Positions 12,601 to 25,925 of a stretch of DNA of 64,000 nt are shown here, in pieces. Positions within the stretch are counted from its first letter, which is position 1. The number at the start of each line of letters is the position of its first letter. Source of the DNA: Ramazzottius varieornatus (lineage: Eukaryota > Animalia > Tardigrada); contig BDGG01000002.1 in the NCBI GenBank assembly GCA_001949185.1, positions 4,950,448 to 5,014,447 of the forward strand. Direction: 5' to 3'. The notes below the pieces were generated by a model. That model saw only the letters and a list, made by a program, of their open reading frames with translations, ran no database searches and had not been told where the DNA came from. Position numbers and translations under genes: made by a program.

Positions 12601-14831
12601 GGCATTGCTGACAGCCTGAGTCTCCAGTCCCAGAACTCCGGACCGGAACTGCCAAAGTGGTTACAAGACTTTGTGACCAAGAGCGAGGAGATGTTGGATT
12701 TGGCCAGAAAGACCAAGCGTCCTCTGGAATCAGACAACGAACTCAGAGCAGTTGTCCTCCCCGACCACGTCAGAAATCGAATCAAGCCTTTGATGGAAAG
12801 TATACAGAAAGTGGTTATGCTGTGCTACAGCTGGTACAAAGCAGTGGGCAGTCATAACCACCTTCAAGGTAACGCGGAGAGGGTGGCGGTTGATAGTGCT
12901 ACGCTGAAATCCTTGTTGTACTCCGAGAATGATCGTGGTGGGTTCTATAAGAGTGCTGCGGTATCACCGCAGCAGTCCATGTTGAATTCACTGGATGAGG
13001 TGAGGAGTACGTTGAGGACGTACTGGACTGAGATTCAGGATGGCGAATGGACCAGGGGAGCCATCAAGGTACCGGAAGTTCAGAAGCATCCGTTAAGACT
13101 GCGATCCGAAGCGTTAAAGAAGAACTTGGCGGACGCAGAAGAACTCAAGTCCAAGATAGCTGCAAAGGATGAAGAGATTGCTGAAATCCGAAGAAGTATG
13201 AACGTGGTTTCATATTTAAAATATATTTCATATGGGACCTCGTTAAACAAACATAAGAAAAATGTCCCTTCTAAGTGGCGCACACTCCCAGCCGGTAACA
13301 CCGAAAGCTTGCGCTACTTGGGTAAACTATCTAATCGGGTTTGTGTCGAGCTCGTCTGCAGTATTCATTCTGACTGGAGTTTGAAAAAGCCCACTCACCT
13401 GAATGTCTATCGGGTGATAAGTGATTTGGCTATTTGCTAATATTACTCGTTTTGTAGGTCTGCGGGCAAAGATCGAGGAAGTGAGTGAGCTGCAGCTTCG
13501 TCGCAGTATGGCAGAACGTCGCCAAGAGAACGCCTCAAAGACCGAAGACGATAAGAGCTCGCGACTGGCCGCCCAGAACACCGATCTCCAGCAGAAGCTA
13601 GCCAGTCTCCGGGCCGAGTATGAAAGCGAGTCGGTACACCTCCGCTCCCAGATCGAGCTGCTAGAAAGCGAGAAGCGACAGATGGAAGAGAAGCTGAAGC
13701 AGACCAGTAAACGGTTCCTGTCGGTCGACATGCCGGGGAAACCAGCCACCGGTAAAGCTTCAGGGTCTGGAGACTTCCAGGTCGATGGCCAGGTTGATGT
13801 GCTCCGGCAAGTGATTGCCAATTTGCGCGCTGAGGTGGTGGCTGCAAAGTCCGAGCAGGTCAAGAGGGACCTGGAAGAGAGGTTGCCACCGCTGAAGGTT
13901 CATCCGCCCATGCGGAGAGATGTGACGGTGGAGAGGATCGGTAAACTGAGACGGCAGCTAGCGAGTCTGGAAGCAGAAAGGTTGGGTGTATATGCTAGGA
14001 CGGCTTTGGATCTGACGAGACCCAAGGAGGAAAGAGATAAGCTGCTGAAAGAACGTCGCACATATGAGACAGAGTTCCAGCTCAAGAGCAGAAAGGTAAG
14101 GAAACTCAAACCGAAGACTAAATCTTCCTAAATACAGCCCGTTCAGGCAAAGTCGTCACCACTGATTTCTCAAACTTGTCGGACAATTCACGATGAGAGT
14201 TTCAGGCCTAACTTTTAGACTACGGGTGTAAGCCCTGTCAATAAGCTATAGAATCAAGCGAAAACGAATCCTTTGAAAGTACGGTTGGTTGCTGAAAAGA
14301 AATTGTTTGGGTGAGGGTCGTCATCCGACCGAGCATCAACTTTTTTTCTTGAAATTCAAGTCTACTAAAATCCAGCGTGACTCATTTCACGCAAGTTCTG
14401 GCGCGTCCGATACTAGATCAGATGCGCTATCGTTCTGCATCAGCGGTTTGCTTTCGCTGTCTCAAACAAAATTTTTCGAAGTAAAAGTCTGTTTTAGGAC
14501 CGTTGGAAAAACAACGGGAAAACAAGGGTCTCTATACGACTGTTCCCGTCGAGCCTTGAGCTTTGATCGATATTTCGACTACGGTAGTTCGACTTGGGAC
14601 GTCTAGTAGTTTTCTAAAAGGGGAAAGTTGGGGCTATCAGGCAAAATTGGGAACAGCGCTCAGAAATCGTTATTGGGAGAGAACCAATTTTTTGAAAGGG
14701 TGGTGACAAGTTTGCTTGAGCGGGCTGTATTTTTGTCAACTATTGTTTTTTAGACTAACCAACTGGTTGCTTTTCAGATACGACTCGATATATTGGAGCT
14801 TTCCGGTCCCGCTAAAAATTTTATTTTCTGA
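9642..14831 (+). CDS. DCTN1: Dynactin subunit 1 (p150Glued)
   Basis: CAP-Gly domain ([28 protein letters not shown]...YFEC...HGLFV); basic Pro/Ser linker; CC1 with EMLTLDKEMAEEK and EQVDAAIGAEEMVERLTEQNL; CC2; last exon 14778-14831. Confidence 0.96.
12249..12339. repeat. Imperfect intronic hairpin (MITE-like remnant) in DCTN1
   Basis: Nested inverted arms AACTCGGCAA...TTGCCGAGTT and CCAAGTGGC...GCCACTTGG. Confidence 0.6.
14135..14727. mobile_element. Tc1/mariner-type non-autonomous element in the last DCTN1 intron (593 bp)
   Basis: ~28-bp TIRs CAGCCCGTTCAGGCAAAGTCGTCACCAC / rc CAGCCCGCTCAAGCAAACTTGTCACCAC; TA on both flanks (14133-34, 14728-29). Confidence 0.85.
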
Positions 14832-15081
14832 TGATGTACTTTTCAGAGTACGTTACGCCTGTTGAATTTTAGTGTTTTATATCAAGCTGCGTTTGTCCTT
14901 TCTACGGAATCGTGTCACTAGAGTGAAGTAGCATGATGGAGCTTTGTATTTAACACAAAACCTTGTGCATAAATCAACCGTCGGAAAGAGTTCGAAACGC
15001 CATGCAGTCCTTTAGGCGAGACTATGAATGAAAGCTTCTGGGAACCGGTAAACGAACATGATAACAAAGTTTGAAGGAATT

Positions 15082-17065
15082 TTATTGAGTTCTTTGACTG
15101 GGCATCTGAATAGCAACACTCTTCTGTTTCACTCTCTTCGACGGTGAAGTCTCCAGAGAACTTTGCAGGGGTCGCTTCTTACGTGGTCGTGCCACTGTCT
15201 TGTATCCATACTGTACGTGCTTCACTGGTGTCTGTGCTGCAGTAACATAGGCACTTGTTGAACTTCCGGACGATATGCCTGTCGCTTGTGCAGACGATTC
15301 TCCAGAAGAAGAATCTTTCGAAGAGGGTACCTGACTTCTAGTTGCGAGCGAAGTATCCTGGACTGTCAGTTGTCGCGACCGTTGAGCGCAGGGAAACTCC
15401 TTCGAAATGTTACTTGAACCATGCGACGAGCCCGTGGCTTTCTCTGAAGACTTCGTACTCGAAGGGAAGGTGACGGTTACTTGTGCGGGTTGTCCGGGGG
15501 AAGTTACGAGGTTCTTGCTAGCCGCTGGCGACAAGGAGACTGTTTGGGAACTTCCTCGCTCTGTGAAATAGAAAAGAAAGTCAGTCGGTGGAGTACCGGT
15601 ACTCATTGGGGAAGCTGGTATCGAACTTGATTGCCGTAGCGAGCTTGATTTGAGCAGGAATCAGCCAATCAAGATAGAACATGTGGGTGGAGCCGAATCA
15701 CTTGAACTCACTACGCTAATCCATGCCTGATTCTTGATTAAGACACATGGACCGCTAAAGGCGCTAATCCAGTGAGCAATGAGTTTGAGTAGCTTTTTGA
15801 CCACGCTTCTCTACGGCCATTTCTTTCCAAGATTCTTCCCGAATTTTAGACATAGAAGGCTCGGCGNNNNNNNNNNNNNNNNNNNNNNNNNNNNNNNNNN
15901 NNNNNNNNNNNNNNNNACTTTTAGCCACGGCCAAAATGTATTGTCCGTTCGATTGATCTATTGATGTTGAGTCGGCTAAAATAGTTTTGGCATCAATAAA
16001 TCATTCGAACGCACGATACATTCTAGCCGTGGCTAAAAGTATTTTAGCTGCTTTAGCCGCGGCTAAAATACTTTTAGCCACGGCTAAGAACGGCTAAAGC
16101 GGCTTATTTTAGCTTCGCCGAACCTATTATACAGACACTGTTTCTTCGACTGCAGCTTTAACCACTTTCTCAATTTCACTTTACCTTTAACTATGACTAT
16201 TCTCAGAGAATAGAAGTTGATGACTGATCCGGTTCGGCTTTCAGAACCACAACCGAAAATTTCTCATACCCGTTTGCCAATTTGAATTCGAAGTTTTGTT
16301 CAGTTTGATATCTCGATCTGAACTAATCTTCATAAAATGGTGCTTGTTTTGCAAAGGCTTCCGGTCCCGGAAAACTTACGCTAATCGCGGGCTTCGATTA
16401 GCGAGTCTCAACCTCTCGTGATTAGAGCAAGGAGTGGGCGGAGCAAATCACCAGCACTAATCAAATACCATACGCTAGTCAAGTTTGATATCAACCTCCC
16501 CATTGTGTATAATATGAAGAAAGAAATGGGAGCTCGCAAAGAATGCTTTTCCGAAGTGGCGCAAGTCTGTGGAATTATTAGCCAAGCACGTGCGCCTCTG
16601 GGGAAAATCGATCTTGTCGGGTTTGTTTGCTTAATTGCCAAAAGTAAACTAAGTACCGGATTTCCCGGCTGAGCTGTTTCGCACTTCCGTCTGGTCAAGT
16701 GCGCTGAAGTCTGATTGCGAAGCCTCGACCATTTCTGGCTGGACGGATAGTATGGAGCTCCATGAATGCTCGTTCTGAGATGCAACAGGTTTTTGGTGTG
16801 CGTTGTCGTAGGCAAGCTGCAGTTCGGGGTCGAAGAATACCTGGTCGCCTTTCTTTCTGGATCTAGCCACCGCGGCGGAAGCTGCTTCTTGAATGGCAGA
16901 CTTCCATTCAGGAACCGAGCTTGAAGGCATGTCGTTGGATGAGAACGTGGCTTTGTAGTTGGAGTCGTGGAATATCTTGAATATTCGTCCCTGCATTCGT
17001 TCCGTAAACATCGAGCAGTCTTGCCCGCCCGAAAACGGACCTTGCATGTTTTCGTTCAACATCAT
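15082..17065 (-). CDS. Hypothetical Ser/Thr-rich protein (~295 aa, two coding exons)
   Basis: Exon 17065-16657 ends in phase 1 at a GT donor; exon 15560-15082 follows a polypyrimidine acceptor and continues in phase (S-E-RGSSQ). Basic RPRKKRP and KRVKQK motifs near the C-terminus. An upstream UTR intron (donor ~17254, acceptor ~17142) is also visible. Confidence 0.55.
15856..16126. mobile_element. Degenerate MITE with TAGCC/GGCTA subterminal repeats (contains a gap)
   Basis: Ends AAGGCTCGGCG / CGCCGAACCTA; repeated TTTTAGCCACGGCTAAAA-type palindromes. TSD not identified. Confidence 0.6.
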
Positions 17066-18570
17066 TGCCGCGGTGCCGTCGGTAATGCTCCAGTCCAGCA
17101 GTCAAAATTCGGTGACGAAGAGTTGTTCCTCCAGACCAAACCTGCAGTTAAATTGTGAGCCAAATGACCAAATACCGGTACACCTACACACGTTAATTGA
17201 AGTCCTGCTTCTGGTGCTTTTCGACATTTACACGAGCTGGCCGTTGCCTCTTACCTGAGGCAGCAGTCGTCCGACCTGACGTTCAGTATGGAAACGTCTC
17301 GAGATCGTGCTCTACTCCGTGCTCCTCAGGAGTCATACAAGAGCCGACACCGCTGCTGATGCAAGCACTCGCAACACAAACGAGCAAAATCCGGAAAAAA
17401 CTGCTCCCAGATTTTAGCCTTTTCCAGGTTTTTCACCGTTTTTGAGTAAGTAAATTTTGACATGATTACCGCCCCGGAGCGCCGAGGGCACCAGCGCCTT
17501 GGGGTGGACCCCGGCAAGTCTTTGATCCCGGATTCTTCTGAGAATCATCTTCCCAACGATCCGGAGAGCCAAGGTTAAATCGGCGCAGCGGTTTCGGATT
17601 CTGTCGACAGCGTAACTGTTTGCCAAATCTCCGGAAAACAGGCTCTAACACAACATCCGCTCTGCTTTAGGTAAATAGATCCGATCGCACATGGCGCGCT
17701 ACCGTAAAAAGAAGCAAAAGGCCGTTTTGCTGGCAAACAAGGAAGTGCAGTAGATAGCGCTGCCAAACAGGCCGTCAGTCTTTCCGAAATGCCCAAACCT
17801 GATATCACCGCGGTCCGCCATGTTTGCAGTGGAATACCTTGAACATCACGCTGGTCTCTCATTCACAGTCTGGTTATATTCAATATTGGTTTATTTACCC
17901 CTATAATGGACGCACACAACAGGAGGCAGATGCTTTGTAATGAGTTAGTTGTTCCACAAGATTCCTGCTGTTCTTAAAGGTAATTGCAAGTGGAAGACCT
18001 TACAAAGCGCGAGCTAGGACAACCATATCGAGGACCTCAAGGAGCCACACAGTATGATTTTGTTAGTCGCCCTGACCCTCCCGTGTAGATCAACTCTACC
18101 TAGCATCATGAGCGATGAATGCAATGGGTTCAGATATATTCCTAGTTTTTGGACCTTTGCTTTTCGTGTCTACTGTCGGATCTATGCACTATCGCAATGA
18201 CCAGTGGAAAGTCGAGTCATCGAACACGGTTACTGATACCACATTCTCAATTCCTGCGTCTGCAGTTAAGTACACTGACGAATACCGAGATCTTCAAGGG
18301 CTGAAATTTGCAAATGGATTTACACTACCGGAGAGTGCGCGTTCTATCACCAGATCCCGAGCACCAGACGGATTAGACAAGTAAGAACTCATGGGCATGT
18401 CGTACTGGAAAACCACGGGCAAAACTATGCATGATGGGACTTTGACATGCCTGACGTTACGAACTGCACCGGTTTTCACAAGATGAGATACGGGCACCGG
18501 AAGCGAATATTTGAAGAAGTTACTCCTATCACAGTTTCCCAAAATACTAAACTAGTATCACGGGAAGAGT

Positions 18571-20341
18571 TCAAACTCGATCGGAACTTGAACCTTGCAC
18601 AGATACGCGTTGGCGTAGAATTGAGTCCAAAATCACAGACGTCTTCTTCTCTTGGGGCTTTGATGCGCTTTCAGTGCTTTGAATGGACTTCTTTCGCCTG
18701 GTTCTTCTACGCCGAGACGGCCGGAGTGGATGATAAACCGTATTCTTACATTCCAGGCACGTGCATGAGTCCCCACATCGCTTATTAGCCTGCAATACCA
18801 CACACCAACTTTAGTCCAAGTTCGAGCAACTTTGGTTACACGGCGTTTTCCTTACCACAAAACATTCACAGTAATTCTTCAGGCATTCCGATTTGCGACA
18901 GCGGCATCCAGTTCTTTGTTTGCCGCCGACCAAGATGCATCCACCCGTTCCCACTCGCTTGAAAGCTTTCGCATTCCTTTTAAGGATGGTATTTGCCGCT
19001 TCGGTCCGCTCATCGGGAAAGTTTTCGTTGTTGAAACAGTTCTGACAGGAACATCCGCCCCCGCATACTTCGCCTAGGCTGAAGCAGTCGCAGTACAGCT
19101 TGAGACAGTTAGATTTCGAGCAGCGACAGGTTCGGGGTTTCGTGGGCGGTTTCTCCAGGACCACGTTCGCATTCTCTTCAGTCGGAAGAGAGTTTTCACT
19201 GAAGTCGGCTTCTGGGACATTGACTTCTAACAGCTGATGCTGTATATAAAAAGCGAAAAATCGCTGTTAAGCAGCAAAGATTGACAGAAATTTCCAGAAT
19301 AAGGTACTGCCGTACTGGTAACTGTCATCTTCTTGCCATCCCACATTCTTCTTACCGGGTACAAGGGATAGCTGAAGGTTGTTCGGAGAGGATCAGCGGG
19401 AATCGGCAGCTTACTCAAAATACTGCGCGGTCCGTGAGATACTATATTGGAGCTAGTCAATAAAACGTTGACTGGTTTCGCGCAGCGGATAGGTCTCAGT
19501 CCTTTTCCATCCTTCGTTTGTGTGGGTCTCCTATAACTCCGTCCAAACGCTGAGAAAGCAAACTACATCAGATGCAATCTCACACATCATAACTCGTTTC
19601 GAAGCTGCCCATCTGGTGCCAATGCTGTGATACAGTAACTACCTGACTGGGACTTCTGGAGACAGGCCAGGAGCTCCTCGAGGTTAAAGGTTGGGCAGGA
19701 ACCATAGTTTGAGAACGCTGGAAGAATGAACGTTGAAACATGCGGCAACTGCTGACCAGTGGTCGGTTCAGCTGGGACAGGCGCCACAAAAGACAAGATG
19801 GTCTCCTCGGCCGAAGGTGCATTGGTCTCTTCCGTGAGGTTCAGCGGAAGTGTAGGTTCGTGAGTGGAGCAATCTGGCAGTTGTGAGCTACAGTCTGGTG
19901 TGGAGGCCGAATCTTCATGACGCTGTCTCTGAAAATATTCTTCTGGCGCAGTACAAGTGACTTTGCTTGTCACGGCATCCACTCTCGTTTTAACTGAGAA
20001 AAAAGAAGAACGTTCGGAGCAGTGACCATAACTAGCGTATGGGAGATGCCACCGGAAGTCGCACCTGTAAGTGTTGCATTCGGTGAATCGGACTGGGCTT
20101 CATCGCCGTTAGGCTTCTCAAACACACCTGTTCCGCTGCAGTCAGGTTGCGGACTGCTCGTACCATCATGCGGGATGTCGTGAAGCACTTCTTGCTGAAC
20201 CTGCACATTGTCTGCTGTTCCGAGTTGTCCACCTAGAGCAGTGTGGTCCACCTGCATCTCTGCCATGTCTTCCGAGCTGATGATTTCCGTTTCGATGTCA
20301 TCTTCAACCGTCCGTGTAGACAGCATCTGGAACGAATCCAT
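18571..20341 (-). CDS. Tesmin/TSO1-like CXC (CRC) domain protein (LIN54/tesmin family)
   Basis: CRCSKSNCLKLYCDCF...CGGGCSCQNCFN, hinge RNAKAF, second CXC GCRCRKSECLKNYCECFV|ANKRCGDSCTCLECKN; acidic N-terminal exons from ATG 20341. The 3' end may extend further. Confidence 0.88.
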
Positions 20342-20659
20342 GGTCCTCGCAGTCCTGCAAGAAACCAACACAGTTAGAATCAAAGTTTTGTTCCGCCAGC
20401 TGCTTCATCTGGCTGTAATGAAGCTTGTAATTGAGCAGCACAAACCTGGCAGAAATTGAAACTCGATTAAGGACAACACGCATGGGAGCAGGGAAGGGAG
20501 ACATCTACCCCAGGGGTTCGCCTTGGACGCGAAAATCAGAAATCTGTTTGGGTTTCTGACTTTTCGTTTTGGTGAACCGAAAAAACCCAGAAAAGCTGTT
20601 CAGTGCGATTATCTTTAAACAAAAAACAGTGATAATCTTGTTGACGCTGTGCAGGAAGG

Positions 20660-23600
20660 ATGAACCGCGGGGCGTTGAATGGCAGTACGACGGACCTTTT
20701 CGTGATGGGAGAAAAGGTAAGCACCTTCGACTAGTATGACTAGTATTACAGCTCCATCCCATCACACTTTTATCATATCTGTACCAGATTACTTTCAGAC
20801 GAAACAGATGCGCTAGCGAACACTGGGGCGGTTTGTGGTCCTGCTGCCGCCAAGGAACCAGACTGTAGCGATACAGGTATATTGTGGTGTTTCAGTCTGT
20901 TTATTCTTACATCAACTCTTTCGGCTTGCGTAGACAATCTCCCAAGGATTAGATCGTACTTTCCACCAAGTATCACTCCATCTACTTTTCCTGAGCCTGT
21001 CGTTTTCCTCACGACCATCAACGAGCGGATGACGCGCCAGAAATGCGGACTGTATTGCGTACTACAGAATTACCCATTCGCAAACTACGTGGACAACTGC
21101 GAGATGTGCTTATGCGGCGTGCTCGAGAACAGTCCTGTTTCCGAAACTCAAGATACGACTGGAACTTCAGGCGCAGTTTGCATAAACGGAACGGACCTGG
21201 TGGGAATCGGACTGAACGCCACAGTCTTCACCGGGTCTTCCCAGCCCGTCGCGCCTTCTACTGGGGAAGCGAAAGTGGCTAGGTTAAACGCTACCGAAGA
21301 ATACGAACTGCACTTTCGGGTGTGGCACTGGAACAAACTAAGCTTTATAACCATCGCCGTCAATCTGGGTAACGACATCGACGCAGTAATGCGTAACCAG
21401 AGCGTTCAGATTTCGGCGACCGGCTTCGGCTTCACGGCCAAGAGAATCAAGTACCGGACACCGGGTCTCTTCCGGTTGCGAGTAGTCGCGGACGACGGGT
21501 TCCAGGAGGTGTTCCAGGAACTCCTGGTCGAAGTCGCGCCAGCAATTGGGAAAGCCCTCATAGCAGTTTCGCCGACTTTGCCTCGTGCTAAGGAGACAGT
21601 ACAGTTCAAAGTACCCGGGTTCAAAACCCATGCTGAAAGTAACATCATGTGGTTCTTCCAAGATCCGGTATCATTCGCGGAGTCAACTGCCGTCAGCCCT
21701 TCGAGGACCTATGGAGAGGCCGGAGTGTACCGTACTGATGTGTCGGTATCTTCGGCCAGCACTAGCCAAACTGGCTCTATTGATGTTGTCGTGGAAGGTC
21801 AGAATTCCCACTCTTGTTTTCACGAGAAAAAATTCACAATCTTCTTTCTTGCAGCTCCCTTGGAAGGTCTCCACATCTTTTGCGCAGCGACAGCCGAAGT
21901 GAACCGTATCATAAGCATCGTCGTGAAAGTAGATAACGGCACGAACTACCACTTCCTTGTGGACAACGGACTGGAGCAAACTAGCACCATCGAAAGCTCA
22001 ACTGGGCGGTACCGCGTCCTGTACCCCAACCCCGGTCTCTACAACCTCACAGTCGTTGCATCCAACCCCGTTAGCCGTCTACAGAGCTCCTTCAGTATTC
22101 GAGTTGAAGAACCCGAAATCATAGTCGTCCTTGGCTTCGAAGTACCTGACTTCGTGGTAGTCAACGAGCCGATAACTATTGGAGTGATGATGAACATGGA
22201 CAACGAAACTCTTCGCAACTATGTGTTCGAATGGGAATTCAACCATTGCACTGATAAGATGATCGACTCCGGCAACGGGCTGGTCGTCGTCACAAAGACC
22301 TTTTACGAAATAGATACTATCCACATCCGGTTGACCATCACCGGACCCAAAGGTGGGCGAAAAGTCCTGCATCGAAAGATCTCGGTGGTGAGACGATGTG
22401 TTATCTCTCCGGATACTGGCATGGCGCTACTCACCGAGTTCCGCTTGAAATGCGTGAGTACTGACAATCGCAACAGTGTGGGCACGCAAACAGTTAGAAT
22501 TTCCAATGCTGAAGTGGGTTCCTTCGACGTGGTGTACTCTGCGAATTCGAGAGGGATGATCCTGCCTGACCACATGACGAACGGAAGCGCCCTGTGGACT
22601 ATAGTGTTCCCTGATGGCAGTTTGGGCCAGTGCGGGGGAAACGAAACCTGCGACTTGGTTTACGATGTGATGATCCTTGGAGGAGGTAATCGTACGGTGG
22701 AGGACCTGCTGGAAATCATGGCGAGCCTTCTCGAGGAGAGACAACCGGAAGGAAGCGGGGTTCCTTTGGTTTTGGTCGCACAGTATTTCATAATCGTCAA
22801 GAGCGATCCAACCGCCGTTTCCTTGTCTGAGTTCTCCAGCCTGCTGTCAAAACTCTGCTCACATACCGTGAGAAGCCATACAACTTCCGGAAACCCAGTT
22901 GTCGCTTTGAAGCTTCTCAATCTTCTCAAGGTACGTTGACGGTTCACCAGCCCAATATCGTGTTGCTTCACCATTGTTCGAACGATAAATACTTTTTTTG
23001 CAGCTGCTGTCGGATTTTGAGGACTTGATGTTCTTGAGAGAGGACGCTATAACAATCGTAAGTTTTCTTGCATACTACGTGATGGAAAAACGGCGCACAA
23101 AGGATGGTTCAGAGGAGCGAGACTCGCTTTTCCCGTTGACGAAGAAGGTCTTGAATGCCACAGTCGACCTACCTGGCCAAGTACTCCATGGTCCTCCGGT
23201 GCGTCTGTTAAAACCATTATGTATGCTGGTCGCCAGTACCGTAGGGGAAAGCAGCGGAAAAATATCTTTCAATACCAACGACGTAATGGTGTCAGGTGTA
23301 ATAGTCAACATATCCACCGCACAAAGTATCCTCCATTCGGAAGGTAAGAAAAAAGTTTACTTTTTCAGATGCTTAGCTTGCTGGACAGTAAAAGTACAGC
23401 AACTGGAATTTTTGAATAGATTATTCGTTATCTATTGTTAGGCGTGACAGTCTCGCTTCCGGTGAAGACCATGAACCAGCTCGCATCCTCAGACGACCGA
23501 CAAGCCATCCTGGTCGTCGCCAAGTGCAGACATGACTGTTGGCCATCGCACCGACGCCTTCCAAACAACTCGACTTGTGATCCAGCCGAAACGAAGGACT

Positions 23601-25925
23601 CTTTCCGCACCTACTTTGTTACTCTGCTGAATTTTAACCTCCAGGAAAGAAATATTCGGGACGAAACACCCCACCTCCAGGTATCGATTCCAGTTGACGA
23701 GCGACAGGATGAAACTGCTCCCAACGGTGCGATCCAGCCCCGAGTCGACTCCGTTCTTCCTACGTCGCCCAACTTTATTAGCCCATATTCTGCGGCTCGG
23801 TACCGCATTACCGTCAGCAAAGAAGAGGTCTTTCCCCAGCACTTTTTCTTAAGCGTGACAATTTCTACAAATTCAACGGACTTTGTGGACGGTCGGGTCT
23901 TCATGTATCTGCTAGATGACAGCGACAGCTTGATCGAAGCCAAGGTCTTCACCTATTTGGACATTCTGAGTCAAGGACGGTCCACCGTGCGGCTGAGCTT
24001 TCCGTCGACGCGGAATCCTCATGCACTGTCTTTGGTGAACGAAGGGTCTTCCTATGTTCTGATGACCACCGAGTTGCGAGCACTAGCCTGCAACGCTGGA
24101 GGAACGGTATCTGGAGACGTCGGACACTGTCAGCCAGATCCTGCGGTCTCTACGCCGGGTCTCCGAACTTGTACATGCGATAGACTGTCCAGTTTCACCG
24201 GACGGCTGTTTCACTTTAAAGAATTTTATATGATGGAAAAGGAAGTGGTATGTTTCCGCAGAGTACTGTTTGGGGTTACCTACGGTCACATCGATATTGC
24301 TCAGGTTACAGTATTTGTTTTTCCCTTCCTCAGGATTTACGGAAGAACTCCCGCAGTTTCATGGCGGGTGGGAGTTTGATACTCGTCTCCGCATTTTACA
24401 TTTTGTGCCTGATCACAATCGGAGTTCACCACAAAAGAAGACCTCGGCCGTCTGGTACGAATAAAGTTGTCAATATCGGCAGTGGACAGTTCAGGGCGGA
24501 CCTGTTGTTTTGGGGCTCCCAACTCGTTGCAAAAGGTACGAAAGCCAAACTCGCGTCTTCACATAAATATAAATATTTTTTAGTGTGGTTTTTGTCGTTG
24601 GGATGTCTTTTCTGCTGTCAGCTTACTCACGATCACACATGCCTTTTTCCAGGAAATGTTTCTGTGAAGTTGACACTGTCTGGTCCGGCAGTGCGCATAG
24701 ATCAGGCAATCCAACTTCCGGAATCCGTAGAGCTGGACGAGGCCTTTTTCGTCCGTCTTCTTACAAACAAGCCGGTGCAGCAAGTAACAATCATACGAAT
24801 AACGGGTCGCATCAGTGATTCCTCGTTCCCTTTCACACGTGTGACGGTACGCCTAATCACTCCCGCCCACAACAGCCTGTTCTCCCACTTCCGCCTTACA
24901 CCCCCTCGTCTCGTGGAAGATACGCGGGAAGGTGTCAAGTTTGAGCATGCGTCTCAAGCAATCAAGTTCTCCGGCGGGAAGTTAGCGGCCATGGAATTTC
25001 ATAAACGACTGGTAGCGGACCATCTCTGGATAAGAATAGTTCAGAAGGACTATTCCGTTGTAAGACAAGTCGAGGCTCTGTCGGTCGCGCTGACTGCCCT
25101 CTTCACATTCATGGGCGTTTGCTCCTTGGCCTTCACTCTCACCCTACGGAAGGACCAAGCGTTAGATTTGACCAGACCATTCCGTCTCCATTCCTCGGAC
25201 TTTGCACTGGGCGTGTGGACGGCCCTGCTTGTGACACCACTGATCACCATCATTGTCGAGATACTCAACCGATGCGAGCGCCGTCTGGCGGCGACTGCCT
25301 CGAGCGAACGAAACAAGAGCCAGTAAGTGAAGAACCAACTCGCATCGGACTCTTTTCATTCTTTTACAAGACCGACAAGAAAGCTTATTTTGATTTCAAG
25401 TAAGCATAAAAAAGTAATTCAGACCAGTGGATAACGAACGGGCTTTTTTTGCTGCGGTACAGAGCCGAGGGAAATCAGCCAGGGACACCAGCCAACCCGC
25501 ATTCCCATGCCACTCGATCGACTAATGCGCCACCGTTGCCTTTAGGCGTAATTCCAGAAGATGGGAAACTGCCTAATGCGTCTCCTTCAGCCTACCAGCC
25601 GGCTGTCGCTCCGGCTAACCCAGACGAACCTCACACTAAAACGGGATGTTTGGCTTCGCCCATGGTTCGCCGCCTTTTAGCATACGTTCTCTGTTTCACG
25701 ATGTCTTCCCAGTCCGTTTGTCTTGTTCTGATTTTCGGTCTGATGTATACGCCGGCGCTATCTCTACGATGGCTGCTATCAGTTGCTTCGGCTTTCATCG
25801 TATCTTTCCTTGTGTTAGAACCGACTAAGATTATGGGGAAGAGTGTGTGGATCTGCTATACGACAACGGAAGTCGAATATTTTTCTAAGAAGTTTGTCAA
25901 ATGTTCTCGTGGAATAGCAACGTAA
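20660..25925 (+). CDS. Polycystin-1-like protein (WSC, PKD repeats, partial REJ, GPS, TM1, PLAT-like, TM2-5); start uncertain
   Basis: WSC-like MTRQKCGLYC..YPFA..CLCG; PKD repeats (YPNPGLYNLTVVASNPVS); REJ motif CVISPDTGMALLTEFRLKC; GPS CTCDRLSSF; DHLWIRI; TM3 LGVWTALLVTPL; TM4/5 WLLSVASAFIVSFLVLEPTKI, resembling PC1 WLLSS..SFL.WEPLKV. Confidence 0.85.

Noticed and set aside
18115-18384. Plus-strand 89-aa ORF with a hydrophobic N-terminus and a GTAAG donor at its end
   Set aside because: No supportable next exon, and it lies in the likely 3' region of the CXC gene; cannot be called without transcripts.
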